A stretch of 64,000 bases of DNA, taken from the NCBI GenBank assembly GCA_013416795.1, contig RQSC01001332.1, forward strand, positions 18,884-82,883. The letters run 5' to 3'. Positions 58,450-64,000 of this stretch are shown here, in pieces. Below the pieces are notes generated by a model. The model ran no database searches. It was given only the letters and a program-made list of their open reading frames with translations, and was not told where the DNA came from. How positions within the stretch are numbered: position 1 is the stretch's first letter; every line of letters begins with the position of its first letter. This stretch comes from Prasinococcaceae sp. CCMP 1430. Lineage: Eukaryota > Plantae > Prasinodermophyta. The translations under genes and the position numbers were made by a program.

Positions 58450-59110
58450 TTCTTCTTCGCTCGCGCGCTACACGCTGCCGCGGCGCGACGCCTGTCGGCG
58501 CGCGCGCGCCGCCGCCGACGCCCCGCCGAGCCGCCGCACGAGCCGCCGAGAGCGCGCACGTCGCCGGGCGCCAAGGCGAGGGGCTGGGCGCGAGCGCGCT
58601 CCGCGGCACGCGCGGAGGGCGCCCGAGGCGACCGAGGCGGCGTCACCGACGCGGCCTCCTCGGCGGCGATCTGCACGTGCGCGCGCGTTGTTCGTGGTGT
58701 GTGGCGCGCGGGCGTGTGCGCGCAGAGCGGAGGTGGCAGCGCTCGTCAGCTCGTCCTCTGCATCGTGTGCTGTAGTACCAATGAAGAGCACGCACGCGGA
58801 GGCAAGACAGATCCACACACAGAGTGTGTGTTGGAACAACGAGCACGCACGCGGAGGCAAGACAGGTCCACACACAGATACTGTAGCACATCACACATGT
58901 TGGGACGCACCTGCTTGGGCGAGTACAGCGGAGGCAGCTCCTCGCCGGGGGGCGGCCGGCCGAAGAGGTGCGCCCGCTGCGCGCGCGCGCGCTCCGAAGA
59001 GGCGCGCGCGGCGAGGCGCGCGGCGGTGAGGCGGCGACGCGCTCCGTACAGTCAAGAGTCTCTGAGACGCACAGCCTTAAGCTCCAACGCGACCACGTGC
59101 GGTAGTCTGA
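58450..59110 (-). CDS. Possible short multi-exon hypothetical gene
   Basis: Segment AQRAHLFGRPPPGEELPPLYSPKQ ends at a CAG|GTGCGT donor; downstream gtgcag|IAAEEAAS. No full model obtained. Confidence 0.25.
58786..58878. repeat. 55-bp-period direct duplication
   Basis: gagcacgcacgcggaggcaagacag(a/g)tccacacacaga at 58786 and 58841. Confidence 0.9.
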
Positions 59111-59272
59111 GGGCGCGCGTCGGTGGCGGCGAGGGCGGCGGCGCACGCGCGCGCGTGCGTGCGTGCGCGATGGACGTCAGCGCCAGCAATGCACCGTTGT
59201 ATCGCGCGCCCATTCTTCCGCATTGCGACAGAAAAAACAGACGCACACATCAACGAACAAGCACACACACGA

Positions 59273-62200
59273 TCAGCGCTTCTTGTATGGCGAGAGAGTG
59301 AACGCACCACCCTCGTCTTCGTCGACGCTGGCGTCCGCGCCGCCGTCGGTGCTGCTGCCCCTGCCCTCGCCGCCGCTGCTGACGCCGGCATCCGCGCCGC
59401 CGATGGCGAAGCCCCCACCCACCACCGCGGCCGTTCCCGCAGCCTCTGCTTCTTGGGGCGTCGCTTCCGCCTCATCATCCGGCGGCGTGCACAGCACCAC
59501 GTCCACCGCGGTGGCGAAGCGAACGGAGGCGCCGCGCGCGCCGCGCCTCCGCCTGTGCTGCTGCGCGCCCCTCGTGCCCTCGCGCCCCCCACCCGTGCCT
59601 GTCGCGATCGGTGGAAACGCGGGTGCAACCAAGTCATCGCTCGCACCGTCGCTCGCGTCCGAGTCCGTTTGGCTCGACGTCGCATCCGAGTCGCCCATGC
59701 CGGCCCTCTGCGCTTTGTCGAAGAAGGGCGCCACCGCAGCGTCCGCGCTGCTCATGTGCGCCTCGAACCACGCGCTGGCCATCCCCGTCGCACCGCTCGC
59801 CCTCGGGGGCTGCACGCCTCCCGCATTCCCGTCCGCCGCTCCTTCTGTCGCGCACGCGGCCGCGGCGGCGGCGGCGGCCTCGCTCTCGCGGGCGGCGCCG
59901 TACTCGGCGGCCGCCTCGGCCTGCTTCTCGAGCACCTCGTCGTTGTAGCTGCGCGTGAAGCATCCGATGAGGGGCGTCACCAGCGCGGCACCCAGCGCGA
60001 ACGCCACAGCCACGGCGTTGACGGCGATGAGCACCGCCGCCACGGCGTTGTCGCCGCCGACCGACCCCGTCGCGCGCGTCGACTCGCCGGCGTCGCCCGT
60101 CGCCGCCTGCAGCTGCGCGTCACGGTAGCCGGCGTCGAACTCCTGGACGCAGGCGAGGACGAACGCGATCATGGCGGTGATGGCGCTCGCGCCCACGAGC
60201 GCAACCTCGATCATCTGCTCGCTGCGCGCCTGGAAGGGCCGCAGGCGCAGGGCCACCGCGAGCACGGCCGCGCACAGGAGCATGGCGGCGAGCGCCTGGC
60301 CGAAGAGGACCGGGCCGTGGGGGACCACCTCCAGCGTGAGATAGGTGACGAAGAGCAGCAAAGACAGCTTGTACGCGATGATCCAGATCTTGTAGAGCAC
60401 GGCCTGGCGCGTGTAGACTCGGAACAGGTAGCTCTGCGGCAGCGCGTACTCGCGCACCGCGCGCGCGTACAGCAGGCGCGACGCGCGCCGGACGTCGCGC
60501 ACGTCTGCGATCTGGGCCGCCATGTCGTGCGTGGTGGGCGCGTCGCGAATGGCGAGGAGGCGCGCGCTGATGTTCCTGTCGATCGCGTCGAGGTCGTAGT
60601 CCGCGACCGCTTCGCGCTGTCCGGCGCGTATGTTGCGCACGAACCACGCCGGTATGCCCAGCGTGTACCCGACGAGTCCGAACGCCGCCGGTATCATCGG
60701 CCAGTGCCTGGCGAGAGACCAGCTTATGTCGCCCGTGGGCCACGGCGTCTGCGGGAACTGCGCGACCACCAGCGTGTCGACGCCGCCGACGGTGCCCTGC
60801 ACCGGCTGGTAGCACTTGAGGCACGTGCGCGTGATGGTCACGTAGAGCATCTCCCACGCGATGAGCACGACGCGGCGCACGAACTGCTGCGGCGTGAGCC
60901 CCACGCGGGTGTGGAACCGTTCGCTGAAGCGCTCGGGGAGGAACGGCGCGTTCCCGAGCCTCCACAGCGGGATGAGCACCAGCGCTGGCAGCGTGAGCAC
61001 CAGCATGAACACGAGCTGGCTCACCCACGTGGCGACGGAGCCGCCGACCACGTCGTCGAAGTCGAGCGACGGGATCACCACGAGCAGCGCGCGGAAGATC
61101 AGCGTGTTGATGTTCAGGTCGACCCACAGCTGCGGCCAGGCGAGGCCCATCGACCAAAGCAGGTTGTACACCTGGAGGAAGTGCCACAGCTGCTGCCACT
61201 TGTCCACCACGCCGCCGCTGAGCGCCGCCTGCGGGACCTTCTCCCACAGGCGAAGCATGAGACCCGGCTGCTGCGACGCCTGCGCCATCGACCACATGTG
61301 CGTGTCGGCCGCCAGGTGAAACTTGTCCTGCAGGTGCTGCGACGCGGCCGAGTAGAACCTCGGCAGGCCGGGCGCTTGGTGTGCCGTGATCTCGGAGGGC
61401 GCGCGCATCGACGCGGCGAGCGGGCTCGTCGGCGACGCGATGGCGCCAACCGCTGAGTCCGCCGCCCGACGCGCAGGCGCGGGCCCGCCGACGTCGAGCT
61501 CGTGGGCATCGGTCCCATCACCATCGCGACAACGTAACGAGGACGCGCGCCCGCCCGCCTGCGCGCGCGCAGGCTCCGAGCTCGCCGGCTCCGAGGTCGT
61601 CAGCGGCTTGAACTCGAACTTGCGCGACGAGCCGTTGAGGCTGGCCAGGGTGCGGTTGCTCCAATCGCGCAGCTTTTCGACGACCGAGACCGACCAGCCC
61701 CCGCCGCGCGAGGCGTAGTGAATCAGGCTCAAGTCGCTGCCGTCCATGCTGTCGTCCGTGCGCGGCGTGTCACCGGCGAACGGCACCATGGAGTCGGACG
61801 GGGCCAGGGGCGTGGGCGCGATGCCAACCGCGACGTGCTCAACGGGCACGGCGTAGTCCTCGAAGTAGCCGCGGTACGATGGGGGCACCGGCGTCCGTCC
61901 ACTCGGCTCGTCGCGCTCCGGCGACGGTGAGGCTGACTGGATCTCCGGGCTGCGATCCTTGCTGGGCCGCCTGCGCCGCCTGCGCACGGTCTGCTCCGAC
62001 CACACCGCTCGCGACGGCGACGCGGGCGCCGCCGAGTCGCGCGATGCGGCGAGCAGGGCTTCTGTCGCCACCATGCCCCGCGCGGACGTGCGCCGCGAGC
62101 GGCGCGGCTGATAGGACGAGGGCGGCGATGCGGCTGGCGTCGCGCGATCCGTCGATCGAGCGCACGCAGCGGGTGCACCGACGCCAGATCCGCCGGTGCC

Positions 62201-63895
62201 CTCGTCGCCGGATGCATACGTGAGCGCGCGAACGACCGGCGTCGTCGCTGCGAGCGCCGATGGAGGAGGGGTGTGCGTTGTACTGCCGGGCGACTTGAGC
62301 GCCCCGTCGCCTCGCGGCGCGGACCCACCCAGCCGTAGCTGCGGCAGCCGGGTCTTATCGTGCGAGGACGCCGTTGCGTCCTGCGCCCAGCCACGCGTTT
62401 CGCCTCCTTCACCGAGAGGCGATGCGCTCGCGGCGCCACCGCGGGCGCCGACGGACGCGCGCGAATGCGGCGCGCCGTCCTTCGCCCCGTGGCTGTCGCC
62501 GCCCGCATGCGGCTCCAGACCACCCTCTGTGCCTTTGGGGCGTGCTTTGACGAAAGGCGTGCTCACGCGCCGCATGACCGATCCGATGCCGCCCGCGAGC
62601 CGCGCCATGCTCATGCGCCGCCGCTTCTTGCCATGCGGCTTCGACGATCCCAGAGCGCCCGCCCCTTGCGCCATGATCTCCTCCTTCTTCGCCGCGATGC
62701 GCGCGTTGAAGGCGCGCGCGTCGGCGCGGATGGACTCGAGCTCGCGCAGTGCGTTCGCGCGCTCGTCGGCGGTCACCGCGCGCCCGTCCAGCGAGCTGAG
62801 GGAGAGGAGCGTGCCAATGACGTGGAAGCGGTACGCGGGGATGGCCGCGCCGGGGTTGCCCTGTCGCAGCCGCAGGCTGCGCACCGGCAGCAGCGTCAGC
62901 GCGCACACCACGCAGAAGAGGTCCTCGCCGACGATGCCCTTGTTTTCGAGGTTGAGGTGGGCGAGCTCGTTGGGGCTCACGCGCATGTTCCGGTGGAGAT
63001 ATCGCGCCGCGCACCAGCCGTCCGCGCCGAGCGGCCGGTCGTTCGCCTCGCCGTCGATGGTGTCGAGCGCCGGGAGCAGCGCGAAGAGCAGCGGCGCGTA
63101 GCCCGACGGGTGCCGCGCCCACCGCGCAGCCCCCCGCACGTTGAGCACCCGCAGAAACGCGCAGCCGCTCAGGGCGCGCGCGAGCTCCTGGGGCGTGCAC
63201 GCCAGCGCGTTGTCGCGCACGTCCAGCTCGCGCAGCTCCGGCGTGGCGGACGTGAGCACCTCCAGCCCGCCCGTCTTGCTGCTGCGCCCCGTGCCCAGGG
63301 CGTTGCGCGCGAGCGACAGCCGCGCGAGCCGCGCGAGCGCGCGCGGGTCGCGCCCCTCGAGCGCCTGCTCCGCCAGCCGCAGCGGGGGCGACCGCGCCGA
63401 GAGGTCCAGCGAGAGCGTGACGACGCGGCGGGTCGACGACCGCGCCGCGGTCGGAGCGCGCGCGGGAGGAGTGTCGCCGGGAAGTTGTTGAGGCAGTGCG
63501 GCGGTTGTGCGCGGCGCGCTGCTGCCATTGCAGGAAGAAGGGCGAACGTCGGAGTCGGCGGCGTCGAAGAGGGGGTTGTCGCTGACGACCCTCTCGACCT
63601 CTCGGCAGCCTGGCGCGTCCGAGCCGTCGTCGCTGCTGCTGGCGAGCTCGACGCCGTTCGCGTTGTCGATGAAAGCTTCCTCCTCGCGGTAGTAGCGCAT
63701 CTCGGCGCCGCCGTCGGAGGACCCGTCGCTGTCGGTCCCGCCCCTTTCGAGCCGCGGCGAGGCCGTCGCGCGCGGCCTGGGCGGCGGCTCCGCGGTGGCG
63801 GTCCCCCTCGCCGACGGGCCCGACACATTCGCCGTCCTGACCACCGTCAGCTCCACCTCTTCGCCCGCCACGGCGGGCGAGCCCAGGAACGCCAT
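59273..63895 (-). CDS. 1540-aa protein: N-terminal LRRs with LRRcap-like ends, a long disordered linker and a C-terminal multi-pass (about 7 TM) domain
   Basis: LARLSLARNAL, LRELDVRDNAL, LRVLNVRG, LPALDTIDG, YRFHVIGTLLSLSSLDGRAVTADER; several hydrophobic segments including YLFRVYTRQAVLYKIWIIAYKLSLL and LRPFQARSEQMIE. Confidence 0.85.
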   Translation of the reverse strand: MAFLGSPAVAGEEVELTVVRTANVSGPSARGTATAEPPPRPRATASPRLERGGTDSDGSSDGGAEMRYYREEEAFIDNANGVELASSSDDGSDAPGCREVERVVSDNPLFDAADSDVRPSSCNGSSAPRTTAALPQQLPGDTPPARAPTAARSSTRRVVTLSLDLSARSPPLRLAEQALEGRDPRALARLARLSLARNALGTGRSSKTGGLEVLTSATPELRELDVRDNALACTPQELARALSGCAFLRVLNVRGAARWARHPSGYAPLLFALLPALDTIDGEANDRPLGADGWCAARYLHRNMRVSPNELAHLNLENKGIVGEDLFCVVCALTLLPVRSLRLRQGNPGAAIPAYRFHVIGTLLSLSSLDGRAVTADERANALRELESIRADARAFNARIAAKKEEIMAQGAGALGSSKPHGKKRRRMSMARLAGGIGSVMRRVSTPFVKARPKGTEGGLEPHAGGDSHGAKDGAPHSRASVGARGGAASASPLGEGGETRGWAQDATASSHDKTRLPQLRLGGSAPRGDGALKSPGSTTHTPPPSALAATTPVVRALTYASGDEGTGGSGVGAPAACARSTDRATPAASPPSSYQPRRSRRTSARGMVATEALLAASRDSAAPASPSRAVWSEQTVRRRRRRPSKDRSPEIQSASPSPERDEPSGRTPVPPSYRGYFEDYAVPVEHVAVGIAPTPLAPSDSMVPFAGDTPRTDDSMDGSDLSLIHYASRGGGWSVSVVEKLRDWSNRTLASLNGSSRKFEFKPLTTSEPASSEPARAQAGGRASSLRCRDGDGTDAHELDVGGPAPARRAADSAVGAIASPTSPLAASMRAPSEITAHQAPGLPRFYSAASQHLQDKFHLAADTHMWSMAQASQQPGLMLRLWEKVPQAALSGGVVDKWQQLWHFLQVYNLLWSMGLAWPQLWVDLNINTLIFRALLVVIPSLDFDDVVGGSVATWVSQLVFMLVLTLPALVLIPLWRLGNAPFLPERFSERFHTRVGLTPQQFVRRVVLIAWEMLYVTITRTCLKCYQPVQGTVGGVDTLVVAQFPQTPWPTGDISWSLARHWPMIPAAFGLVGYTLGIPAWFVRNIRAGQREAVADYDLDAIDRNISARLLAIRDAPTTHDMAAQIADVRDVRRASRLLYARAVREYALPQSYLFRVYTRQAVLYKIWIIAYKLSLLLFVTYLTLEVVPHGPVLFGQALAAMLLCAAVLAVALRLRPFQARSEQMIEVALVGASAITAMIAFVLACVQEFDAGYRDAQLQAATGDAGESTRATGSVGGDNAVAAVLIAVNAVAVAFALGAALVTPLIGCFTRSYNDEVLEKQAEAAAEYGAARESEAAAAAAAACATEGAADGNAGGVQPPRASGATGMASAWFEAHMSSADAAVAPFFDKAQRAGMGDSDATSSQTDSDASDGASDDLVAPAFPPIATGTGGGREGTRGAQQHRRRRGARGASVRFATAVDVVLCTPPDDEAEATPQEAEAAGTAAVVGGGFAIGGADAGVSSGGEGRGSSTDGGADASVDEDEGGAFTLSPYKKR

Positions 63896-64000
63896 GGGCG
63901 CCGCGCCGAACGGGTCCGAGCAGTGGCAGTCCTCGCCCGCGCGGGGCGCGGAGGCGGGCGCTGCGGCGAGCGGGGGCGGGGGCGGGGGCGGGACGCGCGT

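Overview
This window is eukaryotic nuclear DNA, very GC-rich, from a draft assembly with six N-gaps and five single Ns. It is most likely a green alga: there is a plastid ferredoxin, TRX-y and an FKBP with green-type transit peptides, and GT-AG introns with a GTGCGT/GTGAGT donor consensus. A prasinophyte-grade lineage is an inference only. About 25-30 protein genes are densely packed. Recognisable ones are an ABC1/ADCK kinase, TRX-y, COX6B, an SRPBCC cyclase, an AlkB dioxygenase, an EEP hydrolase, LAS1, a TraB-domain protein, a PLAC8-like protein, DUF1995+SAP, a CH-domain coiled-coil protein, a THUMP-like protein, a PLA-I-type patatin, an RNI-like LRR ORF, UTP21/WDR36, petF, FKBP19-like, a rhodanese, eIF4B-like, uL11m and an LRR+multi-TM protein. 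Many supplied ORFs are antisense shadows or microsatellite artefacts. The best finding is absent from the ORF track: a 78-codon + strand gene (38726-38962, MGCARDELEGTSTVSELRKHVDDFRKASMEEHTK-UGA-LKDTLGSLFG...) has an in-frame UGA followed by continued coding-like sequence, plus a SECIS-like AUGA/GA stem-loop about 130 nt downstream. It is a candidate small selenoprotein that I cannot assign to any selenoprotein family I know. Other notable items are introns filled with complementary (GT)n/(CA)n arms, a segmental duplication joining the patatin tail to a decaying LRR locus, degenerate tandem repeats in AT-rich intergenic islands, and several junctions that may be assembly artefacts. No rRNA, tRNA, CRISPR array or transposase was recognised.
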